A stretch of 64,000 bases of DNA from an uncultured Alphaproteobacteria bacterium (GCA_905234185.1 CAJOGC010000002.1:103949-167948), one strand, 5' to 3'; counted from the first letter of the stretch, positions 1 to 10,016 are shown. A program made the numbers and translations. Notes: generated by a model from the sequence alone, not told the origin.

Positions 1-1212
1 GTCCAGGGTGGCGATACAAATATGATTGTTTCTGGGAAATCTGGCAATCAATACATATTTTATTTGCGGGCCGAACCGACTAATTCGTCCGAAATCACCT
101 ATTCCCAGGTAGAGATTATAATGGACGGCAACGCAACTTTGCCTGGTGCGATTGGTACGACCCCGGCACCATCTGGCGGAATGTCATCTGTATTTAAGAA
201 GTCCAGATCTGCTTCCAACACAGTTGGTGTTGATGGTGAAGATTTTGGTTGGATAAAATCTATGAAAATCGACCCATCCGAATTCCGGTTTGATTTGGAT
301 ATATTTGTTCCGAACCCGGACGATTATGTAATTGCCCCGGAACGCGTGTGGCATGATCGCATATTCACATATATTGACTTTGGGGACAAAGTTATCGCGA
401 TGACCCAACGTCCGGTTGTTTCATTACTGGTCGAAGGTGGCGAATCCCCGGTCGGGTTCCGTACCGACGGCCAAGATGGACGTTTGCTGATTGTCGAGGC
501 GGTTGGTGACATGGTTTTGCGCAGTGGTCAACGCATCGTTTGCATTAAAAAACGTGAAAAACCGTTCCTTATCGCCGACACGAACAGTGTTATGGCCCTG
601 GCCGAGGCTAATGTCGCACAATCTATGATGTCGGGTCAATCATTAAACAATATGGCTTATGGCTATGATATGGCGGCGATAAACAGCGCGGGCATAAATT
701 ATACCGGAACGCCGGTTATGGTTGGCAATACAGCCAACACTGCAACCACTGGCTATTACATGCCGGCCGGCTTTATCGCAGGCCAGGCTTATCCACAACC
801 AACACAAAATGTTGGCACATCATCTGGCGCGGTGACAATGATGCCGACCGAACGCGTGACCGCTGGTTCGTATTTGCCCCAATCCAATATTCCAATTATT
901 TCCAGCAACCAAAGCGGTGTTGCCGTTGAATTGAAGTCCGATACTTCGGTAAAGGCGTTGGACGATTACTGGGTTGGATTATTAGCAAAATTTAGTGGTG
1001 AAAATGGCCAAGGATTATTAACCCCATACAAAGACAAAGTGTTCTTTGCGGTTGATGAACAAGGTGTAGGCGATTTGGGTTCCGGCGCAACAACGGCACG
1101 TCTGTATCGTTTGCGTATCGGGCCAATGGCTGATATTGATGCGGCACAAAAATTGTGCGACCAATTGTTAAAATTCAGTGGCGCCAGTTGCAATGTCGTC
1201 AGAATACAGTAA
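1..1212 (+). CDS. virB9: VirB9/TrbG-like type IV secretion core protein (5' end outside window) with C-terminal SPOR-like domain
   Basis: The frame is open from nt 1, with no stop before the ATG at 22. GNQYIFYLRAEP and PERVWHDRIFTYIDF...GRLLIVEAVGDMVLRSGQRIVCIKK fit the beta-rich VirB9/TrbG domains. A TrbI/VirB10-type gene follows directly. The last ~80 aa (YWVGLLAKF...ARLYRLRIGPMADIDAAQKLCDQL...CNVVRIQ) fit the SPOR pattern. Confidence 0.6.
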   Translation, partial: VQGGDTNMIVSGKSGNQYIFYLRAEPTNSSEITYSQVEIIMDGNATLPGAIGTTPAPSGGMSSVFKKSRSASNTVGVDGEDFGWIKSMKIDPSEFRFDLDIFVPNPDDYVIAPERVWHDRIFTYIDFGDKVIAMTQRPVVSLLVEGGESPVGFRTDGQDGRLLIVEAVGDMVLRSGQRIVCIKKREKPFLIADTNSVMALAEANVAQSMMSGQSLNNMAYGYDMAAINSAGINYTGTPVMVGNTANTATTGYYMPAGFIAGQAYPQPTQNVGTSSGAVTMMPTERVTAGSYLPQSNIPIISSNQSGVAVELKSDTSVKALDDYWVGLLAKFSGENGQGLLTPYKDKVFFAVDEQGVGDLGSGATTARLYRLRIGPMADIDAAQKLCDQLLKFSGASCNVVRIQ

Positions 1213-1233
1213 TTATTTTGGGTGCGGATTAAT

Positions 1234-3621
1234 ATGAGTAAACTTGGCGAACAATTTTCAGAACTGCGCAAATCAACACCAAAATATGTCCAGTGGTTAT
1301 TGCTGGCCGCGGCACTTGTTATCGTTTTAATTTTGTTGACTTTGCTTATGACGGGGCCAAAAAATAAAACGGCCCGGTCTGCCCAAAAATCTATGGACGA
1401 AACGCCTATCGAAGTTCGTATGATTACGATAAATGCCGACAACCAAGAAGTTTCTGTTGATAAAATCGATTGGGCCAATGTGATTGTCGGTGAGAAAAAG
1501 AGTACCACGATAACAATCAAAACAAATGCACCGACACGCGTATCTATGACCCAGAACAAGAATATTGTTGGGTTTTCTGCACAAACCACATGTACGGATG
1601 CGACCGTTATAAATGCAAAACTATCATGCAATATATATCTTAAATTCGAACCGACAACCGCCATGTCTCCGGAAACAGTGACATTGTCTGTTTATTGGCG
1701 CGCTGAAAACGACCCCGAAACAATGAATAACACGAAAAAGATTTCTGTCGTTTTGGGTGCCACCGCACCGGTCGTGCGACCTGAACCACAACCAATTGTC
1801 GAACCAGAACCGCTGTTTTCCGACGATTATGACGAACTTGACGATTATGATGAATATGATGACAATGTCGAACCACACCCAACAATTCGTGCGGAAATAG
1901 AATCAATTGCGCCGGCGTTGCCGTTCAATTCCGATATCGTGGAACCCGCACCCGTTGTGGAACGACCATCTGAATCTTGTTCTGATTTTGCCTTTCCGGG
2001 GTATGGTCCAAATGGAAATCAAATTGGCTGGATAAAACCCGAACGCGGCGGATATTATTTTCATCCTTTCTCGGACAAAGATTGTAAAAATGCAACGGGA
2101 ATCTATAACCCGGCAACCGGTGTTATTACCGATATCAGCGGCAATGGAACACGTATCGGAACCGATGCCGAACATATTGGGTATGCGGCCATAAATGATG
2201 GCGCATTGCCGGCACTAAATCCGGCCCCGCGTAGCGCAAGAACCGCATCTAATACCACGGTTTCTTCGACCAATGTTCCTATTGCTGGCATGGGCAAGGT
2301 TATTGTAAAGAAGGAACCAGATGTTGAATTTGCCTCCAGCGGCACAGACACCGTCACAAATACAGTTGCTTACGATCGCACCTTTATATTGCGTCAATAC
2401 AAACCTATTCCGGCGACAATCGTTTCCGATGTTCGTGCCGACCCATCGTTATACAAGCAGGGAAATACACTGCCTGTACGGGCGACGGTTGATCGCAATG
2501 TATATTCCGATAATGGACGCACTGTTATTATCCCGGCGGGGACAATGTTGTTGGGGTATCTGACCGGCACCATGCCCGGACCATATACGGCTATTGGTCG
2601 GATGGAGGTTAATTGGTATCAATTTGTTTTACCAAATGGTGTTGAGTTTAATTTCAGTGGTGCCAATGATCCGTTTTCTGGCGATGCCCAGGGGCGTGTC
2701 GGCGTTCCTGGTCGTGGCAGCACCGATTATTTGGAACAATTTGTTATGCCAATGTTAACGGCAATTGTGCCGGCGGCGGTGAATATGATTGCCCCGGTTG
2801 CCGACAAATTCGTTAATCAAATTGATTTGGACAATAATACAGTTGTACAAAGCGGAACAGTGCGATCGTCTGAATTGGCAAAGAACGAGATTATCACCGC
2901 ATGGAACCAAGTTGCCCAGAAATTATTGGTTGATATGATGGATAACACCGTGCCACCATTTACAATTCCGGCGGGGACCCGTATCACTGTTTATTCACCG
3001 GCTGATTTACAAGTCACGTGTGGCGCCCCAGGTACCAGTAATAAAAAGTGTGCCGTTGCTAAATACAGCGACGCAAAACGCCAATTGTGGAAAAATAGTG
3101 CCGAACCAGATTACTATGACGGTTCATGGGTGGGCCAGGCGCGTTCGTTCAATCTGGAACAATATTGCACAACAGACACTAATAATTTAAGGCGCGCATT
3201 ACCATACAGCGATGTTGGGGCTGAATTACAAAAACTTGGTTATTCATACAGCACGCTTGTTGCGTATTGCCAGGCAAGTAATTACCAGGCGATAAATAAT
3301 GCGCGTCAGGATGCCATTTATCAAAACCAACAAAACCCAAACAACAAAAACAGTGTTGCAAACGCCACCGCCCAGGGGACCAAAACATATAATGAACAGG
3401 TTCTTGGATTGAAATACAATGACGATGGTTCTATTAAGAATCCGTATCAGTCGGAAAAGAAACCAGAATCACAACAACCGACTAATGTCATCACATGTGA
3501 TGATGGTTTGGCACCGGACCAATACGGGTGTTGCACGGGTGAAATATACACAGATATGGGCGAACAGGGTTTCAATTGCTGTCCCCAATCTGGTGGCGAT
3601 TGTTTCCCGCCGATTTTGTGA
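1234..3621 (+). CDS. virB10: VirB10/TrbI-family type IV secretion protein with extra N-terminal Ig-like region and long Cys-rich C-terminal extension
   Basis: It has an N-terminal TM helix (WLLLAAALVIVLILLTLLM) and an acidic, Pro-rich linker (DDYDELDDYDEYDD, PVVRPEPQPIVEPEP). The TrbI/VirB10 core is present (YKPIPATIVSDV...IIPAGTMLLGYL...GRMEVNWYQFVLPNGVEF...DAQGRVGVPG...IPAGTRITVYSP). ATG 1234 is preferred over GTG 1222 from the ORF track. Confidence 0.75.
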   Translation: MSKLGEQFSELRKSTPKYVQWLLLAAALVIVLILLTLLMTGPKNKTARSAQKSMDETPIEVRMITINADNQEVSVDKIDWANVIVGEKKSTTITIKTNAPTRVSMTQNKNIVGFSAQTTCTDATVINAKLSCNIYLKFEPTTAMSPETVTLSVYWRAENDPETMNNTKKISVVLGATAPVVRPEPQPIVEPEPLFSDDYDELDDYDEYDDNVEPHPTIRAEIESIAPALPFNSDIVEPAPVVERPSESCSDFAFPGYGPNGNQIGWIKPERGGYYFHPFSDKDCKNATGIYNPATGVITDISGNGTRIGTDAEHIGYAAINDGALPALNPAPRSARTASNTTVSSTNVPIAGMGKVIVKKEPDVEFASSGTDTVTNTVAYDRTFILRQYKPIPATIVSDVRADPSLYKQGNTLPVRATVDRNVYSDNGRTVIIPAGTMLLGYLTGTMPGPYTAIGRMEVNWYQFVLPNGVEFNFSGANDPFSGDAQGRVGVPGRGSTDYLEQFVMPMLTAIVPAAVNMIAPVADKFVNQIDLDNNTVVQSGTVRSSELAKNEIITAWNQVAQKLLVDMMDNTVPPFTIPAGTRITVYSPADLQVTCGAPGTSNKKCAVAKYSDAKRQLWKNSAEPDYYDGSWVGQARSFNLEQYCTTDTNNLRRALPYSDVGAELQKLGYSYSTLVAYCQASNYQAINNARQDAIYQNQQNPNNKNSVANATAQGTKTYNEQVLGLKYNDDGSIKNPYQSEKKPESQQPTNVITCDDGLAPDQYGCCTGEIYTDMGEQGFNCCPQSGGDCFPPIL

Positions 3622-3644
3622 TATCACAAAAATTATAGAGACAT

Positions 3645-3671
3645 AAAAACCCACATGCGTGGGTTTTTTTT
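3645..3671 (+). terminator. Rho-independent terminator after virB10
   Basis: The hairpin ACCCAC-atgc-GTGGGT is followed by a T9 run, 24 nt after the virB10 stop. Confidence 0.7.
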
Positions 3672-3923
3672 ATCGGAAAAAGAGGTTGAAAATGAACACA
3701 TCTTGAACCATATATGTGTACAACAATACGTGCGTGCTTTTCATGCGCGCATTTTATTTATCGCAAAACAGCATGTTTTTGCGATTCGTACATCAAAAGA
3801 AAAATTATTAAAACGAATCGAAAAACCGATTCGCACTTCAATCAAAAGTTGTAGTGTTTAATATTATTCTTATTAAGCCCTATAACACAATTGTAACCAT
3901 TTTATAAAACAATGGAGAAATAA

Positions 3924-4268
3924 ATGACACAAACACAAACTGCATACACACCCGAAAAATTCCAGAACGCCGAACAACTATGGTTTTGGTTTCTATATTC
4001 TAAATCTGTTCAGAATGACTATACACGCCGGCGCGAAACCGCCACACGCCGAGTATGTGAATTACTTGATGTAGAAGCACTGATAACAAAACTATATCTG
4101 TGCGGCAAAATAACCGATGAACAATTGGTCGTTATGAAAAAGTTTGGCGATCGCCGGCGTGCCCCACATCAATATATCTGGGCTGAAAATCGTGCCGCCG
4201 CTTTATGGCGATGCGCAATGGAAACAATCGAATCAGCCGCACGCGATCGCGGTTGGATTAATAAATAA
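3924..4268 (+). CDS. hypothetical protein, 114 aa, basic and Trp-rich
   Basis: The ORF has an upstream GGAGA RBS (aatGGAGAaataaATG). I recognise no domain. Confidence 0.5.
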   Translation: MTQTQTAYTPEKFQNAEQLWFWFLYSKSVQNDYTRRRETATRRVCELLDVEALITKLYLCGKITDEQLVVMKKFGDRRRAPHQYIWAENRAAALWRCAMETIESAARDRGWINK

Positions 4269-4287
4269 AACAAGATAGAGGTAAAAA

Positions 4288-4629
4288 ATGATTATCATTG
4301 CATTTTCTGGTAAAACATCGAAATTATTACCACAAATATTCTGCAACCATTTTCGCCATTGTGCACCCATAGTACCCCACGGAAACAAATTGATCATGTA
4401 TCAATTTACCACCAGGAATAATATTGCAACAATCGAATTAAAGAATCGCGATATTGCAATATTGCGCGCACACGGTTGGCAATTTGTCTATATTCCGACC
4501 GATATACAACATGATTTCAATCCCGAGCGCGCATATTCATGTGTCGATTTATCAAAACGCGCCATTGGTATTAATAATCTATTTATACAAACACCATATA
4601 TGCTTTATAAATACATTGCACCACAATAA
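4288..4629 (+). CDS. hypothetical protein, possibly a permuted papain-like (YiiX/C92-type) amidase
   Basis: A GAGG RBS lies upstream. A His-containing block (FRHCAPIV) comes before a C-terminal Cys block (YSCVDLSKRAIGI), the order seen in permuted NlpC/P60-like enzymes. The assignment is weak. Confidence 0.4.
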   Translation: MIIIAFSGKTSKLLPQIFCNHFRHCAPIVPHGNKLIMYQFTTRNNIATIELKNRDIAILRAHGWQFVYIPTDIQHDFNPERAYSCVDLSKRAIGINNLFIQTPYMLYKYIAPQ

Positions 4630-4653
4630 AAAATGCCCGAACGGGCATTTTTT
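4628..4653. terminator. bidirectional terminator between the 4288 gene and yidC
   Basis: AAAAAATGCCCGaacGGGCATTTTTT: a perfect hairpin flanked by A and T runs. Confidence 0.7.
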
Positions 4654-6217
4654 ACTTTTCCATTTTATGTTTAATTATGTACATCTGGGCAATACCAAAC
4701 AGATTTGATACCGTCCAATAAAGTACTAACCCCGCCGGCATCCATGCAAACATAATTGTAAATATAATCGGCATCCAACGCATAGCACGTTGGGTCTGGG
4801 CGGCGACATCGTTTTTATCAGTGGATTTTGTTGCACCAGATTGCAAACGTTGTTGCAACCACATACTTGCCCCCATCAGTATTGGCAATATAAAATATGG
4901 GTCCATTACTGCCAAGTCGGAAATCCAAAGGAAGTGCGCATTACGCATCTGGACCGAAATCAATAATGCTTTATACAACGCAAAGAAAATCGGAATCTGA
5001 ATCAGCATCGGCAAACACCCAGACATAGGCGAAGTTTTATGCGTCTGGTACAGTTTCATTATTTCAATCTGCATACGTTGTTTATCATTCGCATAAAGTT
5101 TCTGTATGCGTTGCATTTCCGGCTGCATTTTCTGCATCGCCGCCATTGATGTGTATGATTTGCGCGTTAATGGCCACAGTGCAAGGCGCAACAAGATTGT
5201 CATTATAATGATCGCAACGCCATAATTCATAACAATCGAATTGATTGTATTTATCAGCCATAACATAGGCATTGCCAAGAACCAGAACCATCCATAATCA
5301 ACTGTTTTATCAATCCCTGGAATCTGGCTCGATGCAACTTTCAACACAGAACTGTCACGGGGACCGGCATACAGCAATGTCTTTATGTTTGCCTTTTCGC
5401 CCGCCACCACATTCACCGCGCGCGCATTAACATCAGATTGATACAAATCACCATATTTCTGGGCACGAATCGTTTGATCGGGCGCATCCACATCAACAAC
5501 CGTTTCCCAGTATTGGTCAACAAACCCCATAAAACCGTTTACCGTTGTATATGCACGCGGTTTCTTGGCCAACACGCGCCAGTCATCATGTTCAACATCA
5601 CCGTTGGCATATACAACCAAGCCGGTATAAACACCCGCGGACGACATTGTATTATTTTCACGTTGAATCCGTGCATATGGAGTAAATGAAAAGTCTTTTT
5701 TTGTATTATTTTTAATCTCGTCATCAATGGTTATAACATAATTATCAATCGCAACGGTTCTGTTGAAAATTACACCGTCCGCATTGCGCCAAGTATATTT
5801 ATCGCCATCGGCTTTCCATACCGTATCGGCGGTTGGCGCAGTTGTTCCAACACCAACGACACCTATTTCGGCATATGCATTTTCACCAGACAATAATTTG
5901 ACCGTTTCATTGCTATTGGAATTGGCCTTGAAATCACGCAAATCAATGTCCGATATACGCAATCCTTGGACATTGGCAGTCATTTTATCAGATGATATTT
6001 CATACGATGGAACATTTGATACATCAACGACCGCAACGGGTGCATCATCAACTGTGACCGTTTTAGTTTGCTTGCCAAACATCACACCAATTGCCCACCA
6101 AGCGGCCATAAACACAATGAACCACCACAAAAAACCACCAATACCACCACGTTTTTTAGTTTGATTCGCGTTCCACGCGGCAAACCCTGAATTATTATTG
6201 TCCAGATATTTAACCAT
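4652..6217 (-). CDS. yidC: membrane protein insertase YidC
   Basis: It has an N-terminal TM helix, a large periplasmic domain, and the conserved C-terminal core (MQKMQPEMQRIQKLY...SPMSGCLPMLIQIPIFFALY...DPYFILPILMG). Confidence 0.9.
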   Translation of the reverse strand: MVKYLDNNNSGFAAWNANQTKKRGGIGGFLWWFIVFMAAWWAIGVMFGKQTKTVTVDDAPVAVVDVSNVPSYEISSDKMTANVQGLRISDIDLRDFKANSNSNETVKLLSGENAYAEIGVVGVGTTAPTADTVWKADGDKYTWRNADGVIFNRTVAIDNYVITIDDEIKNNTKKDFSFTPYARIQRENNTMSSAGVYTGLVVYANGDVEHDDWRVLAKKPRAYTTVNGFMGFVDQYWETVVDVDAPDQTIRAQKYGDLYQSDVNARAVNVVAGEKANIKTLLYAGPRDSSVLKVASSQIPGIDKTVDYGWFWFLAMPMLWLINTINSIVMNYGVAIIIMTILLRLALWPLTRKSYTSMAAMQKMQPEMQRIQKLYANDKQRMQIEIMKLYQTHKTSPMSGCLPMLIQIPIFFALYKALLISVQMRNAHFLWISDLAVMDPYFILPILMGASMWLQQRLQSGATKSTDKNDVAAQTQRAMRWMPIIFTIMFAWMPAGLVLYWTVSNLFGIAQMYIIKHKMEK

Positions 6218-6225
6218 TTTTCATC

Positions 6226-6756
6226 CTATTGTTTATTTGCGCGCATACAACGACGACGCGCCAAAATCCAATTCAAAATATATAAACCAACACCGACACA
6301 AATAAATATGTCCGCAACATTAAATGCCGGCCAATGTGCCCCACCAATATGAAAGTCCAAAAAATCCACCACGGCGCCAAAACGCATACGGTCAATTAAA
6401 TTGCCCAATGCCCCACCAACAATGAACGCCAACGGCAATCGTTCATAACTTTGCGCACGATAAAACAAGTAATATGAAATTGCCCCGATTACAAATGCGG
6501 TCAAAACAATTATGATAATCGGCGCGGCTTCGCCCAATGCACGAAACAATGAAAACGAAGTTCCAGGATTCCAAGTAAACACAACATTAAAGAAATCTGT
6601 CACATGCGACATTAAATATGGTACCGGAATTAATTGCCACGCAGGTGCAAACATCGGAACACGACCCGTAATAAGGTTTATCAATACACCCTTGGTTAAC
6701 TGATCCAGCAATATGATTGCTAAAATAATCAACAGATATCTGAAAATCTTTTTCAT
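6226..6756 (-). CDS. lspA: lipoprotein signal peptidase II
   Basis: Motifs [20 protein letters not shown] and [10 protein letters not shown]...VVDFLDF...[11 protein letters not shown] are present. The start is moved to the internal ATG (MKKIFRYLL) at 6756. Confidence 0.9.
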   Translation of the reverse strand: MKKIFRYLLIILAIILLDQLTKGVLINLITGRVPMFAPAWQLIPVPYLMSHVTDFFNVVFTWNPGTSFSLFRALGEAAPIIIIVLTAFVIGAISYYLFYRAQSYERLPLAFIVGGALGNLIDRMRFGAVVDFLDFHIGGAHWPAFNVADIFICVGVGLYILNWILARRRCMRANKQ

Positions 6757-6843
6757 TTGCGCCCTTTTCAATTCGATGATTTTCAATATAGCAATCTGGG
6801 CAATTAAAATCAAATAAAATGTCCCATCATCTGGGACATTTTA

Positions 6844-8562
6844 TTATTCAGATAATTTTACGGAATCATCCAAACATGCATAATCATTTTCACGTAATTC
6901 ATTTAACACACTGTGTATTTTTGTATCGGGCATTCCCATATGACGCAACGCCCGACAACCCAATACAGCGGCTGTTTCAATCGTTTCTGGTAATGCATTA
7001 CATGCACCGTACTTACGCAAAGTCTTGCAATCAGCCAGATTACGCGCACGTGCAAATATTTTGACACGCGGCGCAATAGATTTGACAGTCAACAATGCAT
7101 CTTTGGCGGTTTCCGCATTATCCAGCGCGACAATCACCGCCGCTGTTTTACGCGGATGCAAACCAAAATTGCGCAACACATCGGCATTTTTACAATTACC
7201 GAATACAACATTATAACCCTTTTCACGGCCACGCACGATTGCGTTTACATCCATATCAATCGCAACATATGGGACACAGTTTTGTTCCATTAATTTAGAA
7301 ACAATCTGACCGACACGTCCAAATCCCAATACAATAACTTTTGGTGCGATTTCCAAACCAGATCTGTCCAGACTACGTGGACGATATGCGGCAAAAATCC
7401 ACCCACGGCGGCGCAGGAAATCGTACATCGCCAACAACATTGGCGTTGTCATAATAGACAGTATTATGGTTGCCGTTAAAACTTCGGAACTGGTTGCCGG
7501 GATTGCGTTTATTCCCGCAGTTTTCATCGTCTGCAACATCAACAACCCAAATTCGCCCCCCTGGGACAGCATCAACGCCATAAACACCGCGTCCGGCACC
7601 AACATGCCACGCACGCGCGACACCATGAACAGCGCCATGAATTTTATAAATACCAAACCGCCCAAACCAACCAAGATATATTTCCATTTCATTAACAACA
7701 ACGGCACATTTAAGCCCATGCCAAGCGCGATAAAGAAAAATGCCAGGAATAACATCGAATACGGACTTATTTCCGCACTGATTTGATGGCGATAAATTGT
7801 TTCCGACATTAACATACCGGCCAAGAACGCGCCCAGGCCAACCGGCAACCCCATCATATCTAAAACCGTCGCCCAAATAACGATATTCAGCATAACGGTT
7901 AACAATAATGCTTCGCGACTTTTCAATTTCACAACACGTTTTAACAGCGGATTCAATATAAACCGACCAACAATTACAACCGATATAATCAACAGCAACG
8001 ATAACACCGCAACATCGATTGCCGTCGCACCAAAATTAAATGATTTGCCTGCAAACACCGGCAACATGGCTAAAATAGGAATCGACAATAAATCTTGGAA
8101 CAATAAAATAGAAAACGATTGATTTCCGACATTAGTATTTAATTCGTTTCTGTCTGACAATAATTGTAAATCTTCGGATGTACTGGACATCGCCAAAATC
8201 AGCGCAACCATAATACACCCCAACACCGACCAACGCGTAATACCAAACAATATCGGAAATAACATTACCGCAACGGTCAATACCTGGGACGCACCAAGCC
8301 CAAATATCGTTTTGCGCATAGACCACAGGCGGCTCATATTAATTTCCAAACCAATATTGAACCACAAAAACAAAATGCCCATATCACCCAGTAATTGCCA
8401 GGTTTGATTCATTTCAAAAAGGTTTAATCCAAACGGCCCCGACAAAATACCCGCTGCTAAAAACGCAACCAATGCCCCAATACGTGCGGCGCGCAGGAAG
8501 CATACCAACACAAACAAAATCCCAAAAAATATTAAAAACGATAATGGCATATCTCTCTCCAA
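6844..8562 (-). CDS. CPA2-family K+/H+ antiporter (Kef-type) with C-terminal TrkA-N/RCK domain
   Basis: The N-terminal part is polytopic. It is followed by a Rossmann motif (VIVLGFGRVGQIV) typical of KefB/KefC-like proteins. Confidence 0.85.
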   Translation of the reverse strand: MERDMPLSFLIFFGILFVLVCFLRAARIGALVAFLAAGILSGPFGLNLFEMNQTWQLLGDMGILFLWFNIGLEINMSRLWSMRKTIFGLGASQVLTVAVMLFPILFGITRWSVLGCIMVALILAMSSTSEDLQLLSDRNELNTNVGNQSFSILLFQDLLSIPILAMLPVFAGKSFNFGATAIDVAVLSLLLIISVVIVGRFILNPLLKRVVKLKSREALLLTVMLNIVIWATVLDMMGLPVGLGAFLAGMLMSETIYRHQISAEISPYSMLFLAFFFIALGMGLNVPLLLMKWKYILVGLGGLVFIKFMALFMVSRVRGMLVPDAVFMALMLSQGGEFGLLMLQTMKTAGINAIPATSSEVLTATIILSIMTTPMLLAMYDFLRRRGWIFAAYRPRSLDRSGLEIAPKVIVLGFGRVGQIVSKLMEQNCVPYVAIDMDVNAIVRGREKGYNVVFGNCKNADVLRNFGLHPRKTAAVIVALDNAETAKDALLTVKSIAPRVKIFARARNLADCKTLRKYGACNALPETIETAAVLGCRALRHMGMPDTKIHSVLNELRENDYACLDDSVKLSE

Positions 8563-8573
8563 TTATTGATTAA

Positions 8574-9416
8574 TTATACCACACTCTTGGCAATTTTTAC
8601 AAATGTTTCAGGTGTTAATTCCTGGGCTCGTTCGGTTCCCGACAACCCAAATTGCTTCCAATCCATACCCGGCATAATTCCGCGTATCATTTTGCGACGC
8701 TGGCCGAAAAGTTTTGCGGTTATATTTTCTATTTTTGATAAATCGCCAATCTGTTTCATCTTTTCCGCATTCGGAATAATTTGCACAACCGCACTTTCAA
8801 CCTTTGGTCGCGGGACAAAAGCGGTCGACGGCACACCAAACAATATTTTTGCATCCGCAATTAACGATGTTAACACCGACAAGCGACCATATTGCGCGTC
8901 ACCAGGCTTTGCAACAATGCGTTGTGCAACCTCGCGCTGGAACATTAGTGTCATAGAATTTATGATTTCTGATTTATGATTTCTGATTTGTTCATAGGAT
9001 AAGTGCAACCAATTTAATAATAATTCCGTCCCCACATTATATGGCAGGTTCGCGCAAATCGCATATTCCGTCACCCCCAGCGCACCAAAATCTACTTTCA
9101 GCGCATCATCATAAATTACTTCCAAGCGACCATTGGACGCATCAATAACCCGCGACAAAATTGGTGCGGTTGTTTTATCTTTTTCAATCGCAATAACACG
9201 TGGTGCACCCGCCAACAGCAATGCGCGGGTTAACCCCGCGGGGCCTGGTCCAACCTCTATCACTGGAATCTTTTTAATATTCGGCACGCTGCGTGCAATC
9301 CGTCCAGTCAGATTTAAATCAAACAAGAAATTCTGTCCGAATTGCTTTTTCGGTTCCAAACCACATTCGCGCATCATTTCGGATACGGGTGGCAAAGATT
9401 CTATTTTCATCGTCAT
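8574..9416 (-). CDS. rsmA: 16S rRNA (adenine1518/1519-N6)-dimethyltransferase RsmA/KsgA
   Basis: Motifs KKQFGQNFL, VIEVGPGPAGLTRAL, NLPYNVGT and MFQREVAQR are present. The start overlaps the recR stop (ATGA). Confidence 0.9.
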   Translation of the reverse strand: MTMKIESLPPVSEMMRECGLEPKKQFGQNFLFDLNLTGRIARSVPNIKKIPVIEVGPGPAGLTRALLLAGAPRVIAIEKDKTTAPILSRVIDASNGRLEVIYDDALKVDFGALGVTEYAICANLPYNVGTELLLNWLHLSYEQIRNHKSEIINSMTLMFQREVAQRIVAKPGDAQYGRLSVLTSLIADAKILFGVPSTAFVPRPKVESAVVQIIPNAEKMKQIGDLSKIENITAKLFGQRRKMIRGIMPGMDWKQFGLSGTERAQELTPETFVKIAKSVV

Positions 9417-10006
9417 AATGGCCGCCGCCCCCCAAATGCCAATGATAACGTTCCGTCATCGATATAGTCTAAATCACCGCCCAACGGCACACCGGATGCC
9501 AATTCGGAAAACCGAACACCACCACCAATCACCGACATAATATAGTGCTGGGTCGTTTTACCCTCTACCGTATTTGGTAATGCAAAAATAATTTCCGTAA
9601 TATTTTCTTTTTTTATACGGTCGGACAAATTTGCAATATTCAAATCGTCCGGCATTGTCCCCGCCGTTCCGGAAATCAGCCCGCCAATAATATGGTACCG
9701 CCCATGAAACACAGATGATTTTTCCAGTGTCCAAACATCGCCCATATCGCGCACGACACACAGCCCGCCATTGGCACGCGACGTGTCACGACAAAATTCA
9801 CACACACCCACACTTTTATCGGTTAAACAGCCACATATATTGCACGGAACAACATTTTCGGTCGCGTCCAGAATAGCCGCCGCCAGGTTTTCCGCCCGCC
9901 CATCACGCGTCTGTAACAATGACAACACAATTCGCACAGCCGCGCGATTTCCCACGCGCGGCAACTTTGCAAATTGTTTGATTAATTTTTCTATTTTTTG
10001 GTTCAT
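9413..10006 (-). CDS. recR: recombination protein RecR
   Basis: The N-terminal HhH region (LPRVGNRAAVR), the Cys4 zinc finger (CNICGCLTD...CEFC) and a Toprim region are present. Confidence 0.9.
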   Translation of the reverse strand: MNQKIEKLIKQFAKLPRVGNRAAVRIVLSLLQTRDGRAENLAAAILDATENVVPCNICGCLTDKSVGVCEFCRDTSRANGGLCVVRDMGDVWTLEKSSVFHGRYHIIGGLISGTAGTMPDDLNIANLSDRIKKENITEIIFALPNTVEGKTTQHYIMSVIGGGVRFSELASGVPLGGDLDYIDDGTLSLAFGGRRPL

Positions 10007-10016
10007 ACGCTATCCA

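Noticed and set aside
3655-3861. 68-aa ORF and several hairpins (CGCAAAACA…TGTTTTTGCG, CGAATCG-aaaaac-CGATTCG) in the 250-nt spacer after virB10.
   Set aside because: The ORF starts inside the virB10 terminator and has no RBS. The hairpins are short, AT-rich and have no second copy for comparison, so I cannot support either a gene or an sRNA call.
8961-8988. A perfect 14-bp tandem duplication (TATGATTTCTGATT x2) inside rsmA. A related GATTTCTGATT string occurs inside fmt (23218..23245) and near 38985.
   Set aside because: The rsmA frame is intact with conserved motifs on both sides, so this is not a recent frameshifting duplication. The shared string is only ~11 nt and AT-rich, too short to call a repeat family without a genome-wide count.
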